From: a bacterium
Lineage (GTDB): Bacteria; UBA8248
Direction of reading: 5' to 3'
DNA length: 64,000 nucleotides
Assembly (NCBI GenBank): GCA_965213685.1
Contig: CBDBZY010000031.1
Span: 64,001 to 128,000, forward strand
Of this stretch, positions 9,126-19,685 are shown piece after piece. The notes under the pieces were generated by a model, which searched no databases, had not been told where the DNA came from, and saw nothing but the letters and a program-made list of their open reading frames with translations. The position numbers were made by a program, and so were the translations under genes. Position 1 is the first letter of the stretch. The number at the start of each line of letters is the position of its first letter.

Positions 9126-10522
9126 GAACGCTCTCCTTCTGGAAAAACCTCCTCCACCCGGCACGACAAGCTGCCTTCCGCCAAGCGAATCCGTATCGAT
9201 TCCGTTTCCCTCACACGGCTGGCGCTTTTGAGGAGGAGGCCATCGGCCTCCCTGTACGCCAGGCTATACCCCCGCGCCAGAACGGCGAGCGGCGACACCA
9301 GCTCGAGGCGCCGCGCGGCGTCCTGGAGCGCATCCCGCTTGCGCCCGACGAGCCGTGCGGGCGTCGCGCGCAGCCGACGCGCGGCGTCTTCCGCGCGGGA
9401 CAGGGCGCTCTCCACCCTCTCCCTGGGCGACATCCCCCGCAGCCTCGGAGCCATTGCGGCCAGGCGCGCCCGACGCATCTGTCCCTGATGACCGGCCTCC
9501 CTCGCCATGCGCTCATACAGGGCGTCCACCCGCTGGGCCAGCGCCTCGAGCGGCGCTTCCGGTCTTCTGAAGGCGGGCTCCCTGAGCAAACGGGAGTACC
9601 TGCTCTCCAGCGCTTCCATCCGCTCCCGCATCGCCCGGCGCATCTCCCCCAGCAAGGCGCGCATGTCCCGCCCCGCACCCTGCCAGCCCCTGGCGACGCG
9701 CTCCGCCGCCGCCGTGGGGGTGGGCGCCGACGCATCAGCCGCCAGATCGCTGAGCGACGTGTCCACCTCATGGCCCACCGCCGAGATGAGGGGCGTCCCG
9801 CACCCGGCGATCGCGCGAACCACCTCCTCCTCGTTGAACGCCCACAAATCCTCCCGGCTTCCCCCGCCTCGGCCCACGATAAGGAGGTCGGCGGGGCGCT
9901 CCATGCCGGCGAGACCCGCATCCGCCCTTTGAATGGCCTGCGCGATGGAGGCCGCCGCGCCATCCCCCTGCACCGGCGTATGGACGATGACGACCTCGAC
10001 AATCGGCGCGCGATCCCCCAAAACCCGCAGCATGTCGCGGAGAGCGGCGCCCTCTGCGCTCGTCACCAGCGCGACGCGGCGGGGGCGTTCGGGCACCTCC
10101 TTTTTTCGCTCGCGCCCGAAGAGTCCCTCCTGTTCCAGCCGTTCGCGCAACTGGCGAAAAGCCACCTCGAGCGCGCCTTCTCCCAAGGGCTCCATCGAGA
10201 GCGCGGACAGCTGAAAGCGGCCTTCTTTCTCGTAGAGCGTCAAGCGGCAGCGCAGCATCACGCGCATGCCCGCTTCCGGTGCGAAGCGCAAGAACCGCCT
10301 GCGGCCGGAAAACATCACGGCGCCCACCCTGGAGGCGGCGTCTTTCATCTCGAAATAGGAATGCCCGGATGGATACGTCCGCCAGGAGGAGATTTCCCCT
10401 TCCACCAAAACCTGGCCGAATCCTCCCTCCAGCAACTCTCTCACGCGCGCGTTGAGCTGCGAGACGGTGAGCACCGCCGGCGCAGCCCGGGGCTTGCCGC
10501 CCCCCAGGAGGTCGACGCTCAT
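9122..10522 (-). CDS. xseA: Exodeoxyribonuclease VII large subunit
   Basis: LTVSQLN..VEGEIS..SGHSYF, GRGGGSREDLWAFN, AVGHEVD, PTPTAAAE, LARGYS. Confidence 0.95.
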   Translation of the reverse strand: MSVDLLGGGKPRAAPAVLTVSQLNARVRELLEGGFGQVLVEGEISSWRTYPSGHSYFEMKDAASRVGAVMFSGRRRFLRFAPEAGMRVMLRCRLTLYEKEGRFQLSALSMEPLGEGALEVAFRQLRERLEQEGLFGRERKKEVPERPRRVALVTSAEGAALRDMLRVLGDRAPIVEVVIVHTPVQGDGAAASIAQAIQRADAGLAGMERPADLLIVGRGGGSREDLWAFNEEEVVRAIAGCGTPLISAVGHEVDTSLSDLAADASAPTPTAAAERVARGWQGAGRDMRALLGEMRRAMRERMEALESRYSRLLREPAFRRPEAPLEALAQRVDALYERMAREAGHQGQMRRARLAAMAPRLRGMSPRERVESALSRAEDAARRLRATPARLVGRKRDALQDAARRLELVSPLAVLARGYSLAYREADGLLLKSASRVRETESIRIRLAEGSLSCRVEEVFPEGERS

Positions 10523-11391
10523 CGCGCGGCCCGCGCCGCTTCCGCGCGGAGGGAATAGGCGCGCACCGTGTTCGCCATCAGCATGGCGACCGTCATCGGC
10601 CCCACGCCGCCCGGCACCGGCGTGATGGCCGACGCCTTCTCGCACAAGGGACCGAAGTCGCAATCGCCCACCAGCTCCCCGTCCACCCGGTTGATGCCAA
10701 CGTCCACCACGACCGCTCCCGCCCGGACCATGTCCGCCGTCAGGAATTTCGGCCGTCCCAAGGCGGCCACCACGATGTCGGCCCCCCGGGTGATGGCGGA
10801 AATCTCCCGCGTTCGGGAATGGCACACCGTCACCGTCGCGTTCTCATGCAGCATCAGCAGCGACAGGGGGAGTCCCACAATCTTGCTGCGCCCGATGATG
10901 ACGGCGCTTTTCCCGCCCAGGCGGATGCCGTAGAACTTCAAAATCTCGAGGACTCCGGCGGGCGTGCAGGGCTTGAGCGCGCCCTGCCGGAGCGCCAGCT
11001 TGCCGAAATTCTCCGGATGAAACACGTCGGCGTCCTTCCCGGGGGAAACCGTTCCCAGGATTTCCCGCTCATTCAGATGCCCGGGGAGCGGCAGCTGCAC
11101 CAACACGCCGTCCACTTTCGGGTCCCGGTTCAACTCCCGGACGAGGGAGAGGACTTCCTCCTCGCTCGCATCCTCCGCCAGGCGATGGTCAAACGTTTCG
11201 ATGCCGAGCCTCCTGGCGGAGCGGCCCTTGATGCGGACATACACTTGGGACGCCGGGTCCTCCCCCACGAGAACGACGGCGAGGCCGGGCGGCCTGCCCA
11301 TCTGCGGCAGCAGCCCGGCGATGGAGGCCGCAAGTTCCTCCATCACCTTCTCCGCCACAGGTTTGCCTTTCAGGAGCAAGGCCGGTGCCAT
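10519..11391 (-). CDS. folD: Methylenetetrahydrofolate dehydrogenase/cyclohydrolase
   Basis: LVGEDPASQVYV, VQLPLP, PCTPAG, DVGINR, TPVPGGVGPMT. Confidence 0.96.
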   Translation of the reverse strand: MAPALLLKGKPVAEKVMEELAASIAGLLPQMGRPPGLAVVLVGEDPASQVYVRIKGRSARRLGIETFDHRLAEDASEEEVLSLVRELNRDPKVDGVLVQLPLPGHLNEREILGTVSPGKDADVFHPENFGKLALRQGALKPCTPAGVLEILKFYGIRLGGKSAVIIGRSKIVGLPLSLLMLHENATVTVCHSRTREISAITRGADIVVAALGRPKFLTADMVRAGAVVVDVGINRVDGELVGDCDFGPLCEKASAITPVPGGVGPMTVAMLMANTVRAYSLRAEAARAAR

Positions 11392-11463
11392 GTTCATCCC
11401 TTATGATGGGGGTCATGACGGGTCGTCGCTTCCAAGGCGGGGGTTTTCAGCCGCGCGAGACGG

Positions 11464-12435
11464 CTAGACCAGAATCTTTCCATCCTGGATGATCAACCGC
11501 TCATCCGCCCACACCGTGGGGCTGTCAAAAATCATGTCGATGTGGAGCGGGGCCTCGACGTTGCCCCCGATGCTCCCGCTGTCGCCCACCGCCATGTGGC
11601 AGGTGCCCCACGTTTTCTTCGCCTCCCGCATCGTCTCCCTGGGCCGGCAGGCCGGGTTCGTGCCGATGGCGAATTCGGCCACGTTCTTCGCCAAATCCCC
11701 GTTTTCCTCCAACAGCCTCCAGAACCGGTCCGCAGCGGCGCTTCCCGTGACGGACGCCACCTTCCCCTCCTCAATCTCCAGGCGGATGGGCTCGGTGACG
11801 AATCCCAAATCCTTTCGCTCGATGGAGAAGGGGTTCACCATCACGCCGCTGGCCGTGCCCTCCAGCGGGCTCATGGCCGCCTCTCCGTCGGGACACGCCG
11901 CGAACTCTCCGGGCTTTCTCGCCACGCCAATGAGGGGGAAGCAAGTCCTTCCCTCCAGGGAGAAGCGCATGTCGCATCCATCCGGCGTGGTGAACCGCCC
12001 CGATTTCGCCTCGGTATATATGTCGGAAATTTTTCGGGTGACCCGGGCAACCTCGTCATAATCGGCCAGGGCACCGCCGGCGACCATCATGTCCTCGCGC
12101 CATCCCCACATATCGAGAACGCGGGCGCCCTCCCGGAGCGCGCTCCTCGCCGTTTCGGTGTGAATCGTGGCAAAGCTGGTCTGGAGGATCACCACGTCGG
12201 AGGCCGCCATCGCCGCCCCCACGTGGGGCAGGGGGTCCACGCCGCCATTCATATGCGGGGGCATGTGCATGATGGACAGCCTCGCGCCCGCGCCGCTCAG
12301 GGCGTGCGCAAGGGCTTGCGTGATGGACGCGGGACGATCCGAATCCGTGACGAGGAGCACCAGCTCGCCCGCTCTCACGTCCAGAACCTGCTCTACGATT
12401 CGCCTGGCGGTAGGCGCCATGTTGAACTTTGTCAT
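11464..12435 (-). CDS. M29/thermophilic metalloprotease-like aminopeptidase family protein
   Basis: [23 protein letters not shown] motifs. Confidence 0.75.
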   Translation of the reverse strand: MTKFNMAPTARRIVEQVLDVRAGELVLLVTDSDRPASITQALAHALSGAGARLSIMHMPPHMNGGVDPLPHVGAAMAASDVVILQTSFATIHTETARSALREGARVLDMWGWREDMMVAGGALADYDEVARVTRKISDIYTEAKSGRFTTPDGCDMRFSLEGRTCFPLIGVARKPGEFAACPDGEAAMSPLEGTASGVMVNPFSIERKDLGFVTEPIRLEIEEGKVASVTGSAAADRFWRLLEENGDLAKNVAEFAIGTNPACRPRETMREAKKTWGTCHMAVGDSGSIGGNVEAPLHIDMIFDSPTVWADERLIIQDGKILV

Positions 12436-12605
12436 CTCATCACCCCTGCGTGCGGAAAATCGGAAACGGACGGCGCGCCAGATGAATGCGGGCCGATCCC
12501 CGGCGAAAATCCTCCCTGCGCGCGCGGCATTATACGGGGCTGGGAAACGCGCTCGCAAGAGCGCCGCCGCATGTGCGAGAATCGGCCGGCAGCCTTCGCT
12601 TTCAT

Positions 12606-12627
12606 GGCATCCACTAGGCATCCACTA
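12606..12627. repeat. Perfect 11-bp tandem direct repeat (GGCATCCACTA)x2 in divergent intergenic region
   Basis: Read directly from the sequence, 15 bp upstream of the NUDIX ATG. Confidence 0.8.
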
Positions 12628-12642
12628 AAAACGGGCGCGGAC

Positions 12643-13047
12643 ATGACGACCCCCAGAAACCCCTATCTTACGGTGGACATCATCATCGAGACCGGGGATG
12701 GGGGCGTCGTGCTGATTGAGCGGAACAACCCGCCCCTCGGCTGGGCGCTGCCGGGCGGGTTCGTCGACTACGGAGAGACGCTCGAAGGCGCCGCGATGCG
12801 GGAAGCCAGGGAGGAAACCTCGCTCGACGTGAGGCTGGTTCGCCAGTTTCACGCCTACAGCGACCCTGGGCGCGACCCGAGGCAGCACAACGTCACGGTG
12901 GTGTATATCGCAAGGCCCGTCAGCGGCGCCCTCCGGGCGCGCGACGACGCGGGGCGGGCGGGCGTCTTCACCCGAGACGCGCTGCCCTCTCCCGTCGCGT
13001 TCGACCACGCAGACATACTGGACGATTATTTCTCCGGCAAGCACTGA
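12643..13047 (+). CDS. NUDIX hydrolase
   Basis: Nudix box [23 protein letters not shown]; YSDPGRDPR. Confidence 0.92.
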   Translation: MTTPRNPYLTVDIIIETGDGGVVLIERNNPPLGWALPGGFVDYGETLEGAAMREAREETSLDVRLVRQFHAYSDPGRDPRQHNVTVVYIARPVSGALRARDDAGRAGVFTRDALPSPVAFDHADILDDYFSGKH

Positions 13048-13152
13048 GAGGCCGCCGCGCCGCGCAGGCGCGTTGTGCTATCATGGGCGCGCGACGCACA
13101 GGCGATGCGCGCGCGCATCCCCGGTTTTCCGTGCCATAGGACTTCTCACGAC

Positions 13153-13863
13153 ATGAGCGCTCTATTCCGAACCCTCGGCCGCGCATTCGCCCTGCTGCAA
13201 AAGGACGTCGCCGCCGTCATGGAGCGCGACCCCGCCTGCAGGACAAAGACGGAGGTCGTCTGCTGTTATCCGGGATTTCACGCCATCTCCCTGCATCGCG
13301 TGGCCCATTTTTGCTGGAGGGGGGGCTTTCTGCTCGTCGGGCGCTGGCTCAGCCACCTGAACCGATTCCTGACGGGCGTCGAAATTCACCCGGGCGCGCA
13401 AATCGGCGAAGGATTTTTCATAGACCACGGCATGGGCGTCGTCATCGGAGAGACCGCGCAGATCGGGAAGAACTGCACCATCTATCAAGGGGTGACCCTG
13501 GGCGGCGTGAGCCTGAAAAAAGAGAAAAGACACCCATCGCTGGAAGACAACGTCATCGTCGGCGTCGGCGCCCTCGTCCTGGGGCCGCACGTCATCGGCG
13601 CCGGCAGCCGCATCGGCGCGAGTTCGGTCGTCATCTCCGACGTTCCCCCCGGCTGCACGGTGGTCGGCGTGCCCGCGCGCATCGTCTACCGCGAGGGGCT
13701 GGGAAAAACGGATGGTCCGCCCATCGTCTCCTTCGAGCACCACGAACTGCCGGACCCCGTGGAGGCGGCCATCCAGTCCTTGCACCAGCGCATCTCGGCG
13801 CTGGAAAAAGAGCTGTCCCAGACGGCGGGGGCGCCCGGGGCGGAAAAATCCGGGGCGCCATGA
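13153..13863 (+). CDS. cysE: Serine O-acetyltransferase
   Basis: [37 protein letters not shown]. Confidence 0.95.
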   Translation: MSALFRTLGRAFALLQKDVAAVMERDPACRTKTEVVCCYPGFHAISLHRVAHFCWRGGFLLVGRWLSHLNRFLTGVEIHPGAQIGEGFFIDHGMGVVIGETAQIGKNCTIYQGVTLGGVSLKKEKRHPSLEDNVIVGVGALVLGPHVIGAGSRIGASSVVISDVPPGCTVVGVPARIVYREGLGKTDGPPIVSFEHHELPDPVEAAIQSLHQRISALEKELSQTAGAPGAEKSGAP

Positions 13864-15035
13864 AAACCGTTTACATGGATCACAACGCGACGACGCCGAC
13901 GCGCCCGGAGGTTCTGGCCGCGCTCCAGCCGTATCTGCAGGAGAAGTTCGGAAATCCGAACAGCATCCACCGCTATGGGCGCGAGACCAGAATCGCGGTG
14001 GAGCGCGCGCGCGGCCACGCGGCGACGCTCATCGGCGCTGCGGACAGCGATGAAATCCTCTTCACCTCCGGAGGGACGGAGAGCGACAACTGGGCGCTTC
14101 GGGGCGTCGTCTCCGCGGCACGGGGGGGGAGGAGCCATATCGTCACCACGCAGGTGGAGCACGAGGCCGTGCTCACGACATGCCGGACGCTGGAAGGGGA
14201 GGGGGTGGCGGTCACCTACGTGCCCCCCGATCGGAAGGGGCGCATCTCGCCTGGGGAGGTGGCGGCGGCGATTCGGCCGGACACGAAACTCGTATCCGTC
14301 ATGTGGGGCAACAACGAGGTCGGCACCATCCAGCCGATCCCCGAGATCGGCGCCGTCTGTCAGGAGCGCGGGGTGCCGCTCCACACCGACGCCGTGCAGG
14401 TTCTCGGCAAGGAGCCCGTCGACGTGGAGCGGGCCGGCGTCTCCCTGCTTTCCGCCAGCGGACACAAGATCAACGCCTGCAAGGGAACGGGCTTTTTGTA
14501 TGTGAGGAGGGGAGTCCGGCTCGACCCCCTCATCGCCGGCGGCGGACAGGAGCAAAAAATGCGGGCGGGGACGGAAAACGTCGTCGGCATCGTCGCCATG
14601 GGAGAGGCGTGCCGCATCGCGCAAGAAGAAGGCGCGCAATTCGCCCGGAGGGTTTCGACCTTGCGGGATAGACTGGAGAACGAAATCTGCGAGCGAGTTC
14701 CCGACGTGCTGGTCAACGGCGATCCGGCGCGCCGGCTCCCCGGCACGTCGAACCTGGGGTTCATCGGCGCGGAGGGAGAGACGCTGCTGATTCGCCTGGA
14801 CCTGGAGGGCATCGCGGTGAGCACCGGCGCCGCGTGCAGCTCCGGCTCGCCTGAGCCCAGCCACGTCTTGCTGGCGATGGGATTGCCGAGGGAGGCCGTG
14901 CAAGGCTCGCTGCGGTTCAGCCTCGGGCACGGAAACTCGGATGCGGATGTCGACAGGCTGCTCGAGGTGCTGCCGGACGCCGTCCGCAGGGTGCGCGAGA
15001 TGGCGCCCCCCTCCCTGAGACCGACAAAAACGTGA
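13860..15035 (+). CDS. iscS: Cysteine desulfurase (NifS/IscS family)
   Basis: [39 protein letters not shown]. Confidence 0.92.
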   Translation: MKTVYMDHNATTPTRPEVLAALQPYLQEKFGNPNSIHRYGRETRIAVERARGHAATLIGAADSDEILFTSGGTESDNWALRGVVSAARGGRSHIVTTQVEHEAVLTTCRTLEGEGVAVTYVPPDRKGRISPGEVAAAIRPDTKLVSVMWGNNEVGTIQPIPEIGAVCQERGVPLHTDAVQVLGKEPVDVERAGVSLLSASGHKINACKGTGFLYVRRGVRLDPLIAGGGQEQKMRAGTENVVGIVAMGEACRIAQEEGAQFARRVSTLRDRLENEICERVPDVLVNGDPARRLPGTSNLGFIGAEGETLLIRLDLEGIAVSTGAACSSGSPEPSHVLLAMGLPREAVQGSLRFSLGHGNSDADVDRLLEVLPDAVRRVREMAPPSLRPTKT

Positions 15036-15044
15036 GGAAGCCCC

Positions 15045-15428
15045 TTGTCCCCGCAAGACGACTACCACTATAACGCCACCGTGCTCGCCCACATCGCGGA
15101 TCCGCGCAACGTCGGCGTCATCGAAGACGCGGACGCCCGGGGAAGCGGGACGAACCCCGCCTGCGGGGATGAGGTGACCCTCTACCTCAAATTCGAGGAC
15201 GGCGTCGTCTCGGACGCCAAGATGCGCATCCTGGGCTGCGGGGCGATCACCGCGGCGATGAGTTCGTTGACGGATTTGGCGCGCGGGAAAACGGCGGCGG
15301 AGCTGGGGCGCATCACCGCGCAGGAGATTGCGAAAAGCGTCGGCGGCCTCCCCGCCCACAAGCGCCACTGCGCCGCCCTCGCCCGGCGCGTGCTCCAGAG
15401 CGCATTGCGATCCCGCAACAGCGGCTGA
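15045..15428 (+). CDS. iscU: Fe-S cluster scaffold (IscU/NifU N-terminal family)
   Basis: PRNVG, NPACGD, GCGAITAA, KRHCA; TTG start with GAGGA RBS. Confidence 0.88.
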   Translation: MSPQDDYHYNATVLAHIADPRNVGVIEDADARGSGTNPACGDEVTLYLKFEDGVVSDAKMRILGCGAITAAMSSLTDLARGKTAAELGRITAQEIAKSVGGLPAHKRHCAALARRVLQSALRSRNSG

Positions 15429-15435
15429 CGCCTCC

Positions 15436-15897
15436 ATGACGCCGTCGCCTCCCGTCCGAATCATCGAACTCGACGGGCACCGGGGCTGGGGGCTGCGCAC
15501 GGACGATCCGGCGACGCCTGCAAACATCGGCCTCCTGCAAGCCCGCCTGCTCAAAATCTGTGGACATCTTCCGAGAATCGGCCCCGCCTTCGGCCTGGAC
15601 CACGGCGAGAGGGGGTATGCGGCCTGCTGGAGGGCGCCGGTCGAGCTGCCCCTGCCCCGGGCGCTCCACGAAGCGCGCGCACCGGGCGGCTGGTACGCGG
15701 TGGCGACGCACGAGGGGGGCTACGACGCGATGGGCGACACCGTGGAGGGCGTCCTCACCGGCTGGCTGCCCCACAGCGGATTCCGCAGAAAAGAGGGGCC
15801 GCTGATCTACCGGTACGTGACCGACCCCCGTGAAACGGCGGAGGCCGACCTGCGAACGGAAATCTGCGTTCCCGTTCGGCCCGACCCGATTGAATGA
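15436..15897 (+). CDS. GyrI-like small-molecule-binding domain protein
   Basis: GGWYAVATHEGGY...WLPHSG...YVTDP...LRTEICVPV. Confidence 0.8.
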   Translation: MTPSPPVRIIELDGHRGWGLRTDDPATPANIGLLQARLLKICGHLPRIGPAFGLDHGERGYAACWRAPVELPLPRALHEARAPGGWYAVATHEGGYDAMGDTVEGVLTGWLPHSGFRRKEGPLIYRYVTDPRETAEADLRTEICVPVRPDPIE

Positions 15898-15938
15898 CCG
15901 CGCCGAGGGCGACGCCTACAGGTTCTGTTTCCGGCGCC

Positions 15939-18881
15939 TCACGCCTTCGCGATGCGGCACAGCAGGCTCTTCATGTTCGTCTGATCGGAGGCCGGGTCCC
16001 GCTGGTTCGCATCCGTCAGAAAGTTGACGGATCGCCAGGGATGGTAGGGCTGGCGCTCTCCCCAGCCAATCGGGACAAACACCGAATCGCGCCGGATGCC
16101 CGCATTCACCCAGGCCATCGCCTCGATGGCGCCATGCGCGGTCTCGACCCGAAGCTTCTCCCCGTCCTCGATGCCCAGCGCCGCCGCCTTTTGGGGATGG
16201 ATTTGGCAATAGAGGTCGGGCCACATCTCCTGTGCCTGCCAGAAATAATGCGTCCAGCTGTGAAAATGCGGGGCGGGCGGGCGGCCCGTGATCAACGTGG
16301 CGTCAAAACCGGCGCCATCGCCGGCACTCGCCCCGTCCGGCTGGACGATGCGGGCGGTGCGGGAGCCCGTCGGCACCTTGCTGAACGGGGAGAGCACCTC
16401 CATGTCGTCATCGCCGCGCTCATATTCGAGGTGGGGCAATTCCAGCAGACTCTCTTTCTCGCCGTAAAACTCCGGCAGCGCGCCCAGCCCCACCCGGGAG
16501 AATTTCTCCTCCAGCGCCTCGGTCCAGAACTCCAGCCGCCCGCTCGGCGTGGGGAACCGCTTGCCCTCGGGCTGTCCGGTGGCGGTCGTCCCCTCGAGAT
16601 ACAGCGTTTCCTGCTCGGGGGCGTCCTCGCTCGCGACCGGAAAGCGCACCCACCGGTAGGGGGTCGAGTGGAGTCTTCTTTGCGTGACCCCCCGCAGGAA
16701 ATCGTTGTCTATGCACATCTCGTCCCAGAACTTTCCGGGGTCCTTGTACTCCTCCTTCATGACGTCGCCAAACCCCAGGCGCTTTCCGAGCTCTATCCAT
16801 ATCCACCCGTCGGGCCTCGCCTCCCCTGGCGGGTCGATCATCTTGTCTATCCACACGATCCGCCTGTCGTCATTCGTGCGGCCGACCTCCCCCTTTTCGA
16901 TGCCGCCCGCCGCGGGCAGCACGTAATCGGCGAACGCGGAGGTCTCGTTCTGGAACAACTCGATGTGGACGACGAGGTCGAGGGAGAGGAAGGCGGCGCG
17001 CGCCTCGTCCTGGCCCGGCCACTGCGCCAGCGGGTTGTTGCACGTGATGAGGCCCCGGATGGGGTATGGCTTCCCCTCCCGCATGGCGCGCAGCCAGCCG
17101 GCCGGGCTCCTGCGCACCATGGGCCTTCGCATCTCCGCTCTCCTGTCCTCCGGTGCGTTGGCGGCGATGGGCGGGCCGGCCGTCATGTTCACGTAGGCAC
17201 CGCCCCGGCGGCCCCAGTTCCCCGTTATCGCGGCCACGAACATGAACACCCGGTTGGTCTGCACCGAGTTGGTGTGCTGGTTGATTCCCCGGCTCGCGAA
17301 AATGACGCAGCCGTCCGCCCGGGCCACCTCCTCCGAGAGTGCCCGAATGTCCCGCGCGGATATGCCCGCAATGGCTTCCGCCCAGTCGGGGGAATACCCC
17401 CTGGCGAACAGGAAATCGCGCCACCGCTCCCAGCCCAGCACCCATCGCTCGCAAAAGCGCCTATCGTGCAGGTCGCCCGCGAGAATGTGATGCGCCATGG
17501 CGAGGCCGAGGGCCATGTCGGCGCCCGGGCGAATGGGCAGCCATTGGTCCGCCTTGCTCGCCGTCGCGGTGAACCGGGGGTCCACCACCACCATCCTGGC
17601 CTTGTTCCGGATGCGCCAGTCGTTCACCTTGCCGAAATAGACCGGCCGCGTCTCGGCCTGATTGTCCCCGATGTAGAGATACATCGCGGCGCTGCCGATA
17701 TCCCGCGGCGTATAGCTGTTGCCGTTTCCGTTGATCCCGTGCGTCACCTCGTAGGCGACCACCTTGCCCGCCGCGCAAAACGGGTCCGTGCCCTGGATGT
17801 TGGGGGTTCCCCACATCTGGCTGAACAATCGCGCATACCCTTTCTGGGTGATGAGGCCCGTGCGCGTTCCCACGAAAAGCGCGAGCGCCTCCGGGCCCCA
17901 CCGCTCGCCGAGTGCCTGCAGCTTCGCGGCGATCTCATCGAGCGCCTGCTCCCAGGGGATGCGCTCGAATCGGCCCGCACCCCGCGCGCCGACGCGCTTG
18001 AGAGGGTGCAGCAGGCGATGCTCGTTGTGGTGCATCTGCAGCGCGAACTGCGCCTTGGGACACAGCTTTCCGTTCAGGACGGGGTCCTCCTCGTTTCCCG
18101 TCACGTTGATGAGCCGCTCCCCCTGAAAGTGAAACTTCGCGCTGCAGCAGTTGAAGCAGAAATTGCACCCTCCGGGCAGAACGCGGTCCGCCTGCAGCGT
18201 CTTCTTGTCCTGCAGATAGGGGAAGCGGGGGCCTTTCTCCTCAAACACGGCGTTCGCGGCGGGAGAATCCGCAAAGCGCGGCCGGCGGGGACTTGCGGAC
18301 GGACGCCGCCCGTCCCCCTCGCACTCGCGCCCGTTTCGCCTCTCGATTTTCTCGAGGTAGACCGTCTGCGGCTTCAGGAGGAAGTGATCGTGATCGCGGG
18401 GACGGCGCCCCTCCTCTCCCGCCTTTTCCAGGAGCGCCCCCCTTTCTCCGAAGGAGATGGCGAACCCCGGGCAAATCTCCGCGCAGGCGGGCTCCAGGCC
18501 CCGGGCGCGTCTGTCGGGACACAAATCGCACTTGACCGCATGATGCCCCCTGGCGTCGTAGCCCATCGCGCTGTAAGGACACGCCATGACGCATTCCCCG
18601 CAGCCGGTGCAAAGCTCCTCGCGCACTTCCACCGCGCCGGTGTCCGGATGTTTCGTTATCGCCCGGGGGTGAACGGGACAGGCCCGCAGACAGGCGGGAC
18701 GCTCGCAGTGCTGGCAGGTGAGCGTCAGGAAGTCGGGTGCGCCCGTGGAGGCGTCTCCCAGCCAGACGACCTTGTTGCGGTATTCGCCGGGACCCAGCCT
18801 GTGCTCCTGCTTGCAGGCCGCCTCGCAGCTTTTACAGCCGAAGCACCGCTCCAGGTCTATCATCAAGGCTAGCTGCCCCAA
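15939..18881 (-). CDS. Mo/W-bisPGD oxidoreductase with fused N-terminal four-cluster (DmsB-like) ferredoxin
   Basis: Four ferredoxin Cys groups, FS0 motif CNFCFNCC...LCPK, VVDPRFT, ADYVLPAA, C-terminal MopB-CT; TTG start with GGAGG RBS. Confidence 0.9.
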   Translation of the reverse strand: MGQLALMIDLERCFGCKSCEAACKQEHRLGPGEYRNKVVWLGDASTGAPDFLTLTCQHCERPACLRACPVHPRAITKHPDTGAVEVREELCTGCGECVMACPYSAMGYDARGHHAVKCDLCPDRRARGLEPACAEICPGFAISFGERGALLEKAGEEGRRPRDHDHFLLKPQTVYLEKIERRNGRECEGDGRRPSASPRRPRFADSPAANAVFEEKGPRFPYLQDKKTLQADRVLPGGCNFCFNCCSAKFHFQGERLINVTGNEEDPVLNGKLCPKAQFALQMHHNEHRLLHPLKRVGARGAGRFERIPWEQALDEIAAKLQALGERWGPEALALFVGTRTGLITQKGYARLFSQMWGTPNIQGTDPFCAAGKVVAYEVTHGINGNGNSYTPRDIGSAAMYLYIGDNQAETRPVYFGKVNDWRIRNKARMVVVDPRFTATASKADQWLPIRPGADMALGLAMAHHILAGDLHDRRFCERWVLGWERWRDFLFARGYSPDWAEAIAGISARDIRALSEEVARADGCVIFASRGINQHTNSVQTNRVFMFVAAITGNWGRRGGAYVNMTAGPPIAANAPEDRRAEMRRPMVRRSPAGWLRAMREGKPYPIRGLITCNNPLAQWPGQDEARAAFLSLDLVVHIELFQNETSAFADYVLPAAGGIEKGEVGRTNDDRRIVWIDKMIDPPGEARPDGWIWIELGKRLGFGDVMKEEYKDPGKFWDEMCIDNDFLRGVTQRRLHSTPYRWVRFPVASEDAPEQETLYLEGTTATGQPEGKRFPTPSGRLEFWTEALEEKFSRVGLGALPEFYGEKESLLELPHLEYERGDDDMEVLSPFSKVPTGSRTARIVQPDGASAGDGAGFDATLITGRPPAPHFHSWTHYFWQAQEMWPDLYCQIHPQKAAALGIEDGEKLRVETAHGAIEAMAWVNAGIRRDSVFVPIGWGERQPYHPWRSVNFLTDANQRDPASDQTNMKSLLCRIAKA

Positions 18882-18906
18882 GACGCGCCCCTCCCACGCA
18901 CGCGGA

Positions 18907-19680
18907 CTACCACTTCGCCAGATGCCACCAGTATATCTCCCCGCCGCCGGAAACATAGCCCGCGAAAAACGTGACGGTGACGACATGCCCCAACATGCCG
19001 AGAACGAAGAGAAACGCCAGAACGATGTGCGCCGCTCGCCAGTAGGCCTGGGCGGGAGAGGCGCGGGTGCGCCCGCCCAGCAGCCTCCTCTCCCGCTCGG
19101 CCAGGCGGGCGTAGGCGAGCGCGAGGCCGGGCCGGGTCAGCCAGTGCCCGAGCCGGAGGGAGAAGACGCCCTCATCCGCTCCCGGTGCCAGCCGGGACAA
19201 AAGGGCCTCTTTCCGCTCGATCAAGCGGGCGATGCGCTCCCGGTCGGCCGCACCCGGCGGGGAGAAGGACTCCTCCCTGGAGGCGAAGGCGGCCGCCATC
19301 GCCCTGGAGATGCGAACGCGCGCCCACACCCCGAGGATCACCAGAAACAGCAGCGCGACGAGCAACAGCGCCGGGGCGTAGCGCAGAAATCCGGCGGAGT
19401 GGATGGTCGCCAGCACGCCGCCGAGGGTGGCCGTCACCACATGGGCGGAAAACCAGCCGACGGGGGAGCCGCCCAGGCCCGTTCGCTTCGTGATCACAAA
19501 CACAACGGAGACGCACAGGAGAACGGCGCCCGCCACGCCGAACGCATACAGCGTCGGGGAGCCCGGCTGACGCCATTCGCGCGGCAATTCCGGCTGGAGC
19601 GCGAAAAAGGTGACCAAAACCAACGCCGCGGCGAAGATGAGGTAGGCGAGCAGCCTGTCGCCAATGTCGAACCGTCTCAT
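18907..19680 (-). CDS. Integral membrane protein, possible di-haem cytochrome b-like partner
   Basis: About 5-6 hydrophobic helices; two H-x13-H pairs. Confidence 0.65.
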   Translation of the reverse strand: MRRFDIGDRLLAYLIFAAALVLVTFFALQPELPREWRQPGSPTLYAFGVAGAVLLCVSVVFVITKRTGLGGSPVGWFSAHVVTATLGGVLATIHSAGFLRYAPALLLVALLFLVILGVWARVRISRAMAAAFASREESFSPPGAADRERIARLIERKEALLSRLAPGADEGVFSLRLGHWLTRPGLALAYARLAERERRLLGGRTRASPAQAYWRAAHIVLAFLFVLGMLGHVVTVTFFAGYVSGGGEIYWWHLAKW

Positions 19681-19685
19681 GGAGA

